A DNA stretch of 53,594 nt from Hydrurus foetidus (Eukaryota): positions 1 through 53,594 of the forward strand of contig UYFQ01000737.1 in the NCBI GenBank assembly GCA_900617105.1, read 5' to 3'. A model generated the notes under the pieces. It had not been told where the DNA came from. It worked only from the letters and a program-made list of their open reading frames with translations, and did no database searches. This document shows positions 1-9,835 of the stretch, one piece after another (position 1 is the stretch's first letter; the number at the start of each line of letters is the position of its first letter). Made by a program: the position numbers and the translations under genes.

Positions 1-720
1 CAACGATAGGCTTCTTCATGTTCAGCTTGCACCAGCGGGCGGCTTCCGCTTCGTCTGGGCCACCGATTTCGCCGATCATGATGACGGCATCGGTGTCCGG
101 GTCGTCATTGAAGAGCCGCATAACATCAATGTGCTTCAGACCGTTGATGGGGTCGCCACCAATGCCCACAGCGCTGGACTGACCCAAGCCGATTTCGGTC
201 AGCTGTGCCACCGCTTCGTAGGTCAGTGTGCCGGAGCGACTGACCACACCAATGCGGCCTTTGCGGTGAATGTGACCTGGCATGATGCCGATTTTGATTT
301 CGTCAGGCGTGATCAGGCCAGGGCAGTTAGGCCCGAGCAGCAAAGTCTTCTTGCCGCCAGCGGCTTCTTTGGCCTTCATGCGGTTGCGCACTTCGAGCAT
401 GTCCTTGACGGGGATGCCTTCGGTGATGCAGATGGCCAAGTCCAGGTCAGCTTCAACGGCTTCCCAGATGGCAGCAGCAGCGCCAGCGGGTGGCACGTAA
501 ATCACCGACACGGTAGCGCCGGTTTCAGAAGCGGCTTCTTTCACCGACGCAAAAATCGGGATGTTGAAGATTTTTTCGCCCGCTTTCTTGGGGTTCACGC
601 CCGCAACAAAAGCGTTTTTACCGTTGGCGTATTCCTGGCACTTTTCAGTGTGGAACTGGCCGGTCTTGCCGGTAATGCCTTGGGTGATGACTTTGGTGTT
701 TTGTTGATGTAGATCGACAT
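1..720 (-). CDS. sucD: Succinyl-CoA synthetase alpha subunit (3' end outside window; 1-bp indel near codon 8)
   Basis: Starts MSIYINK, then continues in a shifted frame as TKVITQGITGKTG...GPNCPG...GIGGDP; directly downstream of sucC. Confidence 0.93.
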
Positions 721-745
721 GGATTCCTTGAGGCTTTCTGAGGGT

Positions 746-944
746 TTAAGCAGCCGCTTTGGCAGCAGCTTTAACCGCAGCAACCACTTTTTGGGCCGCA
801 TCGGCCATGGTGTCTGCACTGATGATGGGCAGGCCGGACTCGGCCAGCATCTTCTTGCCCAAGTCTTCGTTGGTGCCCTTCATGCGCACCACCAGTGGCA
901 CGGACAGGTTCACGGCCTTGCAGGCTGTGATCACGCCGGTGGCA

Positions 945-981
<37 letters not shown>

Positions 982-1926
982 CCATGATGGCCTCGACCTT
1001 GGGGTTCTTCAGCATGATCTTGAAGGCTTCAGTGACCTTCTCGGGGGTGGCGCCGCCGCCCACGTCCAGGAAGTTGGCTGGCTCAGCGCCGTACAACTTG
1101 ATGGTGTCCATGGTGGCCATGGCCAGGCCAGCGCCGTTCACCAGGCAGCCGATGTTGCCGTCCAGGCTGATGTAGGCCAGGTCGAACTTGGAGGCTTCGA
1201 CTTCAGCGGCATCTTCTTCGTCCAGATCGCGGTAGGCGACGATTTCGGGATGGCGGAACAGGGCGTTGGGGTCAAAGTTGAACTTCGCGTCCAGGGCCAT
1301 GACCTCGCCCTTGCTGTTGCGGTTCAGCGGGTTGATTTCGACCAGCGATGCGTCGGTGTCCATGTAGCACTTGTAGAGCTTCTGGAAGATATCCACAGCC
1401 TGGGCAGTGGAATCAGCAGGCATGCCGATCGCGTCAGCGATCTTCTTGGCCTGCTCGGCGCCCAAACCGGTCGACGGGTCGATGAACTCGGTAATGATTT
1501 TTTCAGGCGTGTCGTGCGCCACGCCTTCGATGTCCATGCCGCCTTCGCTGGAGCGATGAACGCGACGCGCTGGGTAGCGCGGTCGGTCACAGCAGACACG
1601 TAGTATTCTTTTTTGATGTCTGCGCCGTCTTCGATCAGCAGGCGACGAACCTTTTGGCCTTCAGGACCAGTCTGGTGTGTGACCAGCTGCATACCGAGGA
1701 TTTCGGTCGCGAGCTGCTTCACGTCGTCCACCGAGCGCGCCAACTTGACGCCGCCGCCCTTGCCACGGCCACCCGCGTGAATCTGCGCCTTGACCACCCA
1801 AACAGGGCCGCCGAGCTTTTGAGCGGCTTCCACCGCCTCTTGCACTGTGAAGGCCGGAATGCCACGCGGCACCGGCACACCAAAATTGCGCAAGATTTCC
1901 TTGCCTTGGTACTCGTGAATCTTCAT
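746..1926 (-). CDS. sucC: Succinyl-CoA synthetase beta subunit (frameshift at ~1552)
   Basis: ORF 1324..1926 gives MKIHEYQGK...[17 protein letters not shown] 746..1537 gives [18 protein letters not shown] and [10 protein letters not shown]; one missing base joins them. Confidence 0.95.
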
Positions 1927-2089
1927 GAGGTCTCTCTTAGAAGCAGAAGAAGGGGGAGGGTAGTTTTGCTGGCGCCAACTGCGGAAAAGTGCCTGGCACA
2001 GCAGCCTTTAACTGTAACATGTTGCACCGCACAAAGCGGACGCGAAACTTACACGCCAGCCATTGGCTGCTTTTCAGGAACACACTACC

Positions 2090-3013
2090 ATGCCCAAGGT
2101 CTTTATTGATGGCGAAGCCGGTACTACCGGCCTGCAAATCCGTGAACGGCTACAACTCATGCCGCAGATTGAGTTACTCAGCATCGCCCCCGAGTTGCGC
2201 AAAGACCCTGAGGCAAAACGCGCCTTGCTTGCCCAAGCCGACCTGGTGATCCTGTGCCTGCACGATTCAGCTGCTATTGAAACCGTAGCTATGGTCGATG
2301 AGCTGGCCAGCACAAACAACACCAAAACTCCCAAGATCATTGACGCCTCCACAGCCCACCGCACCGCCGCTGGCTGGATCTTTGGCTTCCCTGAACTGGT
2401 AGCGGGTCAGGCCGCCTCTGTAGCTACAGCACAGCGCGTATCCAACCCTGGCTGCTACGCGACGGGTGCCATCGCTCTGCTACGCCCCCTGATCGATGCC
2501 GGATTGATTCCCGCCGATTACCCCGTCTGCCTGCCTGCTGTCAGCGGCTTTTCTGGCGGTGGCCGTACCATGATTGAAGCTTACGAGGCGGGCACTGCCC
2601 CCGCTTTCGAGACCTATGCGCTGGGCCTCACGCACAAACACATCCCCGAGATCATGAAATTCACCGGCCTCACTCGCCGTCCGCTTTTCATCCCTTCGGT
2701 AGGTAACTTCAAACAGGGCATGCTGGTCGAGTTGCCTTTGCACCTGGATTTGCTACCCGGCAAACCCAAAGCCAGTGACCTGCACGATGCTTATACGCGC
2801 CATTACGCGGGCAGCGAATGGGTCAGCGTGCAGCCCGCAACGCAAGACGGTAAGCTGGAGCCCACCGCGCTGAACGACACCAACAAGCTTGAAATTCGCG
2901 TGTTTGCGAATGAAGAGTATCGGCAAGCTGTACTGATTGCCCGTCTTGACAATTTAGGCAAGGGTGCCAGTGGCGCTGCGGTGCAGAATTTGAAGTTGAT
3001 GCTGGGCATTTAA
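2090..3013 (+). CDS. argC: N-acetyl-gamma-glutamyl-phosphate reductase (type 2)
   Basis: [20 protein letters not shown] and [14 protein letters not shown] motifs. Confidence 0.95.
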   Translation: MPKVFIDGEAGTTGLQIRERLQLMPQIELLSIAPELRKDPEAKRALLAQADLVILCLHDSAAIETVAMVDELASTNNTKTPKIIDASTAHRTAAGWIFGFPELVAGQAASVATAQRVSNPGCYATGAIALLRPLIDAGLIPADYPVCLPAVSGFSGGGRTMIEAYEAGTAPAFETYALGLTHKHIPEIMKFTGLTRRPLFIPSVGNFKQGMLVELPLHLDLLPGKPKASDLHDAYTRHYAGSEWVSVQPATQDGKLEPTALNDTNKLEIRVFANEEYRQAVLIARLDNLGKGASGAAVQNLKLMLGI

Positions 3014-3031
3014 GCCACAAGCCATCGACGG

Positions 3032-3511
3032 CTATGCGTCGGGTGCATCAGCAAAGAAATCCCTGCTGATGCCGACCTGAGGCACCACCCGCCCCACCAC
3101 CTTGCCCGCGAACCCGCGCCCGGCCAAAAACCGCATCTGTTTCATCCGCGCCGCAGCATCCGCCGGTGGTTCGCCAAACTTCCTGCGCCAGACCTCCTGC
3201 GCCCGCTCCAACTCGGTAGCCTTCAGCTCCACCGTCGCCGCCTGCACGGTTTGCGCGTCCAAGCCCTTGGCCCGCAGCTCGTGCAGCACGCGGCCAGTGC
3301 CTAAGCGCGAACCCCGTCGCCGCACCACCGATTCAGCGGTGCGCTGGTCGCTGATGAAACCTTTAGCCGCCAAATCGTCCAACGCCAAGGCTAACTCGCC
3401 CGGGACTTCCTCAAACGGTGTCAACTTTTGCACCAGCTCGAAACGTGAATGCTCACGCATCGAGAGGTAGCGCAGAGCGCGGCCTTTGAGGGAAGGTTGG
3501 TTAAAGGCCAT
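3032..3511 (-). CDS. recX: Recombination regulator RecX
   Basis: ALRYLSMREHSRFEL and RFLAGRGF motifs; downstream of recA. Confidence 0.93.
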   Translation of the reverse strand: MAFNQPSLKGRALRYLSMREHSRFELVQKLTPFEEVPGELALALDDLAAKGFISDQRTAESVVRRRGSRLGTGRVLHELRAKGLDAQTVQAATVELKATELERAQEVWRRKFGEPPADAAARMKQMRFLAGRGFAGKVVGRVVPQVGISRDFFADAPDA

Positions 3512-3595
3512 GTGTGAAATTACTTACCCAATTTTCATCAAAATAAATAGCACGCTACGCTGATTGAATTTGCGCTAGAACCTTATTTGATTGGT

Positions 3596-4711
3596 TTATT
3601 TGCTTGGCTTTTCAGCTTTCTCGGCCTTCTCTGCCTTTTCCGCTACCACCGGTGCGGACGTGGCTGCTGGCAGCAACGGGATACCCAACGATTCGCGCAC
3701 TTTGTTTTCAATTTCGCGTGACAAATCAGGGTTCTCGCGCAGGAATTCGCGGGCGTTGTCACGGCCTTGACCGATTTTTTCGCCTTGGTAGGCGTACCAC
3801 GCACCCGATTTTTCGATAATGCGGGCATTCACCCCCATGTCGATGATCTCGCCATGGCGGCTGATGCCTTCGCCGAACAAAATATCGAACTCTGCCGTTT
3901 TGAAAGGTGAGGCCACCTTGTTCTTGACAACCTTGACTTTGGTCTCGTTGCCAATCGCCTCTTCACCCTTTTTGATGGTGCCGGTGCGGCGAATGTCCAA
4001 ACGCACCGAGGCGTAGAACTTCAACGCGTTGCCACCTGTGGTGGTCTCTGGGCTACCGAACATCACGCCAATCTTCATGCGGATTTGGTTGATGAAGATG
4101 ACCATGCAGTTGGTCTTCTTGATGGTGGCGGTGAGTTTGCGCAACGCTTGGCTCATCAGACGGGCTTGCAGGCCGGGCAAGGAATCTCCCATTTCGCCTT
4201 CCAACTCTGCTTTGGGCGTGAGGGCGGCCACCGAGTCCACCACGATCAAATCGACCGCACCTGAACGCACCAAGCTGTCCACAATCTCCAGCGCTTGCTC
4301 GCCGGTATCAGGCTGCGAGATCAGTAAGTCTTGCAGGTTGACACCGAGTTTTTGGGCGTACTGGATGTCCAGCGCGTGCTCTGCATCGACGAAAGCGCAC
4401 TGGCCGCTGATTTTTTGCATCTCGGCAATGACTTGCAGCGTCAGCGTGGTTTTACCCGACGACTCAGGGCCGTAGATTTCGATCACACGGCCACGCGGCA
4501 GACCACCCACGCCCAGGGCAATGTCCAAACCCAGCGAGCCTGTTGAACACACCTGGATGTCTTCAATCACCTCGCCTTCGCCCAAACGCATGATGGTGCC
4601 TTTGCCGAATTGCTTTTCAATTTGGGCCAAAGCGGCTTGCAAGGCTTTGGCTTTTTCGCTCATCGCATCGGTGTTGGCGGTGGCTTTGCTGGCTTTAACG
4701 GGTGCGTCCAT
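3596..4711 (-). CDS. recA: Recombinase RecA
   Basis: GPESSGKTT Walker [32 protein letters not shown]. Confidence 0.99.
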   Translation of the reverse strand: MDAPVKASKATANTDAMSEKAKALQAALAQIEKQFGKGTIMRLGEGEVIEDIQVCSTGSLGLDIALGVGGLPRGRVIEIYGPESSGKTTLTLQVIAEMQKISGQCAFVDAEHALDIQYAQKLGVNLQDLLISQPDTGEQALEIVDSLVRSGAVDLIVVDSVAALTPKAELEGEMGDSLPGLQARLMSQALRKLTATIKKTNCMVIFINQIRMKIGVMFGSPETTTGGNALKFYASVRLDIRRTGTIKKGEEAIGNETKVKVVKNKVASPFKTAEFDILFGEGISRHGEIIDMGVNARIIEKSGAWYAYQGEKIGQGRDNAREFLRENPDLSREIENKVRESLGIPLLPAATSAPVVAEKAEKAEKAEKPSK

Positions 4712-4781
4712 GAAAATTCCTTTTAAATCAAAAAGTTAAATCAACTTATCAACCCAGTAGCCGCTTGTTTTTAACTACAGC

Positions 4782-4797
4782 CTGGATGCTTGAACAG
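4782..4797. promoter_or_regulatory. LexA (SOS) box upstream of recA
   Basis: CTGGATGCTTGAACAG fits CTG-N10-CAG (CTGTTCAAGCATCCAG on the minus strand), about 70 bp upstream of the recA start. Confidence 0.7.
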
Positions 4798-4865
4798 TAG
4801 TTTAACAATGAAAGTCATAGGCAGTAAATGAAAATAACAGTCAGTTTGACTTACCATATAAACCC

Positions 4866-5348
4866 ATGAATTCCACCCCCGAAGGTTGGCGGCAAACCCA
4901 CCTGGGCCGCTTGATGGGCGACTCGCTCAGGCGCTTTGATGCCCGCGTACTGCACCTGATGGCGCACAACGTCGAAGTGCCGCTGGCGCTCTCTAACCTC
5001 GCGGCACGCCAGCAGGTCAGCGCGGCACACATCCACATCACCCGCCACTTGGCACTGGGTGGCTCACGGCTGACCGATTTGGCGCAAAGTGCGGGTATGA
5101 GCAAGCAGGCGATGGGCGATTTGGTTGACCAGTGCGCGGCGTGGGGGCTGGTGACGCGCACGGCTGATCAGCTGGACGCCAGAGCGCGGTTGGTGCAGTT
5201 CACACCCACGGGGCTGGCGTGGCTGCAAGCCTTTGCAGATGCGGTGGTGCAGGCGGAGCAAGAGTTCAGCAGCGCGGTGGGCGCTGACGTGGCAACGGTG
5301 GTCAAGCTCGGGCTGGAAGCCTACGCGGCAGACGGGCTATCGACATAA
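4866..5348 (+). CDS. MarR family transcriptional regulator
   Basis: LTDLAQSAGMSKQAMGDLV wHTH and DARARLVQFTPTG wing. Confidence 0.85.
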   Translation: MNSTPEGWRQTHLGRLMGDSLRRFDARVLHLMAHNVEVPLALSNLAARQQVSAAHIHITRHLALGGSRLTDLAQSAGMSKQAMGDLVDQCAAWGLVTRTADQLDARARLVQFTPTGLAWLQAFADAVVQAEQEFSSAVGADVATVVKLGLEAYAADGLST

Positions 5349-5489
5349 GCTCGCCCTAACCTCACATTACCCTCATCCCCTCATCTCGAAACCCCGTAAG
5401 CCGCGTTCAATATCCGAGTCCTACAATCGCGCCACAAACGGCCAGCACAGCCGCAAAAACCAAAAAATACACCAAGACCGGAGACCGCC

Positions 5490-6161
5490 ATGCGCATTTT
5501 GATAGCTGAAGATGACCAAGTGCTGGCCGATGGCCTGATGCGCAGCCTGCGCACCGCAGGCGCAGCAGTAGACCATGTGGCCAGCGGCACCGAGGCCGAT
5601 GCCGCGTTGATGACCAATACCGAGTTCGATCTGCTGATTCTGGACTTGGGCCTGCCCAAAATGCACGGCTTAGAGGTGCTGCGCAAACTGAGGGCACGCG
5701 GCTCCGCCTTGCCCGTGCTGATCCTCACCGCCGCCGACAGCGTGGAGCAGCGCGTGCAGGGGCTGGATGCGGGGGCTGACGACTACATGGCCAAACCCTT
5801 CCCGCTGCAAGAGCTGGAAGCCCGCGTGCGGGCCCTGGTGCGGCGGGGTGCAGGCTCTACCACCAACACCCTGCGCCACGGGCCGCTGGTGTACGACCAA
5901 TCGGGCCGCGTCGCCACCATCGACGGCAAGATGGTGGATTTGTCAGCCCGTGAACTCGGCTTGCTGGAGGTGCTGCTGCAACGCAGTGGCCGCTTGGTCA
6001 GCAAAGACCAACTCGTCGAGCGCCTGTGCGAGTGGGGCGAAGAAGTGAGCAACAACGCAATTGAGGTCTACATCCACCGGCTGCGCAAGAAGATTGAAAA
6101 GGGGCCGATTCGGATTGCCACCGTGCGTGGCTTGGGGTACTGCATGGAAAAAATAACGTGA
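5490..6161 (+). CDS. OmpR-family response regulator (TctD-like)
   Basis: Receiver (AEDD, DLGLP, AKPF) plus C-terminal NAIEVYIHRLRKK...TVRGLGY. Confidence 0.92.
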   Translation: MRILIAEDDQVLADGLMRSLRTAGAAVDHVASGTEADAALMTNTEFDLLILDLGLPKMHGLEVLRKLRARGSALPVLILTAADSVEQRVQGLDAGADDYMAKPFPLQELEARVRALVRRGAGSTTNTLRHGPLVYDQSGRVATIDGKMVDLSARELGLLEVLLQRSGRLVSKDQLVERLCEWGEEVSNNAIEVYIHRLRKKIEKGPIRIATVRGLGYCMEKIT

Positions 6162-6165
6162 GCTG

Positions 6166-7682
6166 ATGAAAATCTTCCAGCGCGAGCAGCGTTCCCTCTT
6201 TGGCGAAATCCTCGATTGGATGCTGACGCCGCTGCTGCTGCTGTGGCCAGTCAGCCTTGGTTTGACATGGCTGGTGGCCCAAGGCATTGCGGGTAAACCG
6301 TTTGACCGGGCGCTGGAATACAACGTCCAAGCCCTGGCCCAGCTCATCGTCGTCAACCAAAAGCGCGTCCTACTCAACCTGCCTCAGCCTGCGCGTGAAA
6401 TTTTGCGGGCTGACGATGCCGACGTGATTTACTTCCAAGCCCTCGGCCCCCGTGGCGAGCTGCTGGCCGGTGAGCGCGACTTCCCCGCAGCACCCGAAGA
6501 AGACCGTGCCACCGCTGGCGACGTGCACCTGCGAGACGACGAAATGCGCGGTCTGGACGTGCGCGTGGCCTACCTGTGGGTGCGCATCGAGCAACCCCTC
6601 GGCACAGCCCCGCCAAGCACCAACGCCTGCCTGCGATGGTGTTGGTGCAGGTCGCCGAAACCCGCGAAAAACGCTCGGTGTTGGCCACTGAAATTATCAA
6701 AGGCGTGATGCTGCCTCAGTTCGTCATCTTGCCGCTGGCCGTGCTGCTGGTGTGGCTGGCGTTGGCGCGGGGCATCAAGCCGCTGGGCCAGCTGGAAGAG
6801 CGCATCCGCCAACGCAAACCCGATGATTTAAGCCCGCTGGACGAGCATTCTGTGCCGCTCGAAGTGGCCCCATTGGTGTCCTCCGTCAATGACCTGTTGC
6901 AGCGGCTGAAAGATTCCGTCGCCACCCAAAAACGCTTTTTGGCCGATGCCGCCCACCAGCTCAAAACCCCGCTGGCCGGTTTGCGCATGCAAGCTGATTT
7001 GGCCCAACGCGAAGGGGCCAGCGCCGAAGAGTTGAAGCAATCGCTGCAACAGATAGGCCGTGCCAGCATCCGCGCCACCCACACCGTGAACCAGCTACTC
7101 GCCCTGGCGCGGGCCGAAATCAGCGGCACCCAGTTCGCCCGCCAGCCCTGTGATTTGGTGCGTTTGACAATGGACACGGTGCAAGATTCCGTGCCCCGCT
7201 CGCTCGATAAACGCTTGGATTTGGGCTACGACGGTGCCGCCCCTGGTGCGCCCGGCGTGATGCTGGAAGGCAACCCCACGCTCATCAAAGAATTGATTCG
7301 CAATCTGGTGGACAACGCGATGAACTACACGCCCTCCAGCGCGGAGCACCCCGGCATCATCACCGCGCGGGTGCTGGCCGACCCTTACGGGGATGTGCTG
7401 CTGTTGCAGGTGGAAGACTCGGGGCCAGGCATCTCACCCAGCGAACGTGAACTGGTGTTCCAGCCGTTTTACCGCACGCTGGGCACCGAGGCTGATGGCA
7501 CCGGCCTGGGCCTCGCCATCGTGCTGGAAATCGCCAAACTCCACGGGGCCACGGTCACGCTAGAAGACACTCACCCCGGCCAAACACCACCAGGGGCCAA
7601 GGTGACGGTGCGCTTCACGGCGGGTGTTCTGGGTGTTATGGCGAGCAAGTCTGCAAGTTTTTTCCCGCCAACGCCGGTTTAA
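6166..7682 (+). CDS. Sensor histidine kinase (TctE-like), frameshifted at ~6610-6635
   Basis: N-terminal TM/sensor part in ORF 6166..6708; HAMP, H-box DAAHQLKTP and GTGLGL in ORF 6576..7682. Confidence 0.88.
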
Positions 7683-8409
7683 GCCGCTCCACCTGCGCCC
7701 GCAGCACGTCATCAGCATGGGGTAAGCGCAGCAACTGACCCTTCCCCTCGGCACGCTCTTGCACCACACGGGCCGTACGCACGCCCCGCGTGGCCAATTG
7801 GGCCAAACCGGCATTGGCTGCGCCCTGGGTCTCAAAGCCACCCAGCGACAAACCGGGCTCCAGCGCTGCGTTGCGTGGCGCTTCGACGGGGATGTTCAGG
7901 TAGCGCAACTCCCCGCGTTTTTTCAACACAAATTCGGCGTTCTCGTACTTGCCCATGTAGATGATCCAACGGGCAGGCAGCACAGCCGCCTCGAAACGCC
8001 AACTGTCACGCGGCAGCACCGCCTCCAAAGCACGGCGCAAGTTCAGCGCTTGGTTGTCGTCGTACACACCGGCTTGCAAGCAGGTTTTAGGGGGTGACGG
8101 GGGCTGTAGCGGCGGCACAGCGGCAGGTTCAGCGGCAAAAGCCTCATCGCCTGGAACCGATTCCGTAGCCAGCGGGGTAGCCGATGCCGCAGAAGCAGTC
8201 GCCGCAATGTCCCCTGGCTGCACGTCCAGCCGCCGGGCCTCATTCACCCCCACCAAGCTGATCGCTTCAGGGTGGATTTGCTGAGCCAAGCGCTGCGGCT
8301 CACCCCCATCAGACGGGGCGAAGCCCACGCCCGCCAAATAGCCTTGCGACCACGCGAAATAGCCGCCGTTGAACAGCAGCAAGAGCAAAACCAAGGTACG
8401 AAGCATCAT
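7636..8409 (-). CDS. SPOR-domain membrane-anchored protein
   Basis: MMLRTLVLLLLLFNGGYFAW anchor and LSLGGFETQGAANAGLAQL; usual neighbour of birA in betaproteobacteria. Confidence 0.7.
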   Translation of the reverse strand: MMLRTLVLLLLLFNGGYFAWSQGYLAGVGFAPSDGGEPQRLAQQIHPEAISLVGVNEARRLDVQPGDIAATASAASATPLATESVPGDEAFAAEPAAVPPLQPPSPPKTCLQAGVYDDNQALNLRRALEAVLPRDSWRFEAAVLPARWIIYMGKYENAEFVLKKRGELRYLNIPVEAPRNAALEPGLSLGGFETQGAANAGLAQLATRGVRTARVVQERAEGKGQLLRLPHADDVLRAQVERLKPALAGKNLQTCSP

Positions 8410-8422
8410 GTCCAGTGCCCGG

Positions 8423-9240
8423 CTAACGCGGCAAAGCCATGTGTGCAGGCCGCACACTGACTTCCCCGCTGCTGACGGTCTGCATTCCTTGCGCCGTTTG
8501 CACCCGCAGCGCCCCGCCTGCGTCCACGCCACGCGCTGTGCCGCTGCTGCCATCGCTCAGGTGGACGGCCACGTCCCGCAGCACGTCCAGCGCGTTGAAG
8601 CGGGCCTGGAAGGGCGCAAAGCCGTCCAGGTCGAACTGCTGCACAGCGGCGATCAGCGCAGGGGCGATCCACAGCAAGGCTTGGCCCGCATCCGCTTGGG
8701 GCCAGAGGGTTTGCAAACCCGCAGGTGGCGTCGAAAAACTGACCTCCGGCGTGGCTGCGGGTGGCGTGATGTTGATGCCGATACCGATCACCACGTAGCG
8801 GGGCAGCGTTTGGCCAAAGGTTTCAATCAAGATGCCCCCCAGCTTGTGCTCGCCCTGCCACAGGTCGTTCGGCCATTTGAGGCCCAAGCTGGCCGATGAA
8901 AGGGGGAGATTAGCGGCGTGCAGCAGAGACTCGGCCACTGCGATACCTACAGCGAGCGACAGGCCCGACCAGTCTTGGCGCTGCAAGGACAGCCCCAGCG
9001 AGAACTTGAGCGACGACCCCACGGCCTGCGCACTGTCACCGTCCAGCCACACCCGGCCCAAGCGGCCCCGGCCAGCGGTTTGGCGCTCAGCCACCAAGAG
9101 TGAAGGCTCGGTTTGCCCTGCACGGGCGCGACGCATCAGCTCGGCATTGGTGGAATCCAGTTCGGGCAGTATTTCAACAGTGAAGCCCGGAACATGGGGC
9201 GATACGGCTTCCCAAATCGCTTCCGCTGGCCCAGCCGCCA
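8423..9240 (-). CDS. birA: Biotin--[acetyl-CoA-carboxylase] ligase (start uncertain, possible indel at ~9230)
   Basis: LDSTNAEL upstream of the listed ORF, QTAGRGRLGRVW, KWPND, KLGGILIE, GIGIN. Confidence 0.92.
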
Positions 9241-9247
9241 GCCCCTG

Positions 9248-9763
9248 TCACTTGCGGCCACCCCGCTTAGGTGACAACAGCGTGCCCCGGCAGCCTTCTG
9301 TGCCGCACCAGCAGGGGTATTCGGCCTTCAGCTTGGGCGTGTAACGCTCGTCAATCACCAGCCGGTAGTCGTAATTCAGCTCTTCACCGGCAGCCACAGG
9401 CCGCACGGTGCGGATGAATACACGGTTGCCATCGATCTCAGACGCGCAATTCGGCGTACACGCATGGTTGATCCAGCGGGCAGAATTGCCGCTGACACCG
9501 CCGTCAATGACATGGTCTTCGTCTATATTGAAGTAAAACGTGTGGTTGGGCTGGGTGATGTCGTGCGGATGGCGGTCAAGCGCCTCTTCCCAGTCGATCA
9601 ACTCGCCCTTGTATTCGATGACCAGTTCGTCCTCGGCCAAGTCCACCAGTGCGAAAACGCCCTTGCCATGAACGCCTGAGCGGCGCACCTGAATGCGGCG
9701 GCTGGATGCGGCGGCTGGGGGCGACATTTTCAAATCAGCGACGGGTGTGGGGATTTTCGGCAC
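9248..9763 (-). CDS. SET-domain protein-lysine methyltransferase with post-SET motif
   Basis: SGVHGKGVFA, ARWINHACTPNC, GEELNYDY, CWCGTEGCRG. Confidence 0.92.
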   Translation of the reverse strand: MPKIPTPVADLKMSPPAAASSRRIQVRRSGVHGKGVFALVDLAEDELVIEYKGELIDWEEALDRHPHDITQPNHTFYFNIDEDHVIDGGVSGNSARWINHACTPNCASEIDGNRVFIRTVRPVAAGEELNYDYRLVIDERYTPKLKAEYPCWCGTEGCRGTLLSPKRGGRK

Positions 9764-9835
9764 GGCTAAAAATTTGGTATGTTGAATTTAGTGCGAGCGC
9801 GCGTGTGCGTGTGCGCGAGAAAACGGATTGTAGAT

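Noticed and set aside
3533..3595. Possible degenerate repeat copy between recX and recA
   Set aside because: Similarity (AAATAGC...GCGCTAGA...TATTTG) is too weak to support by eye
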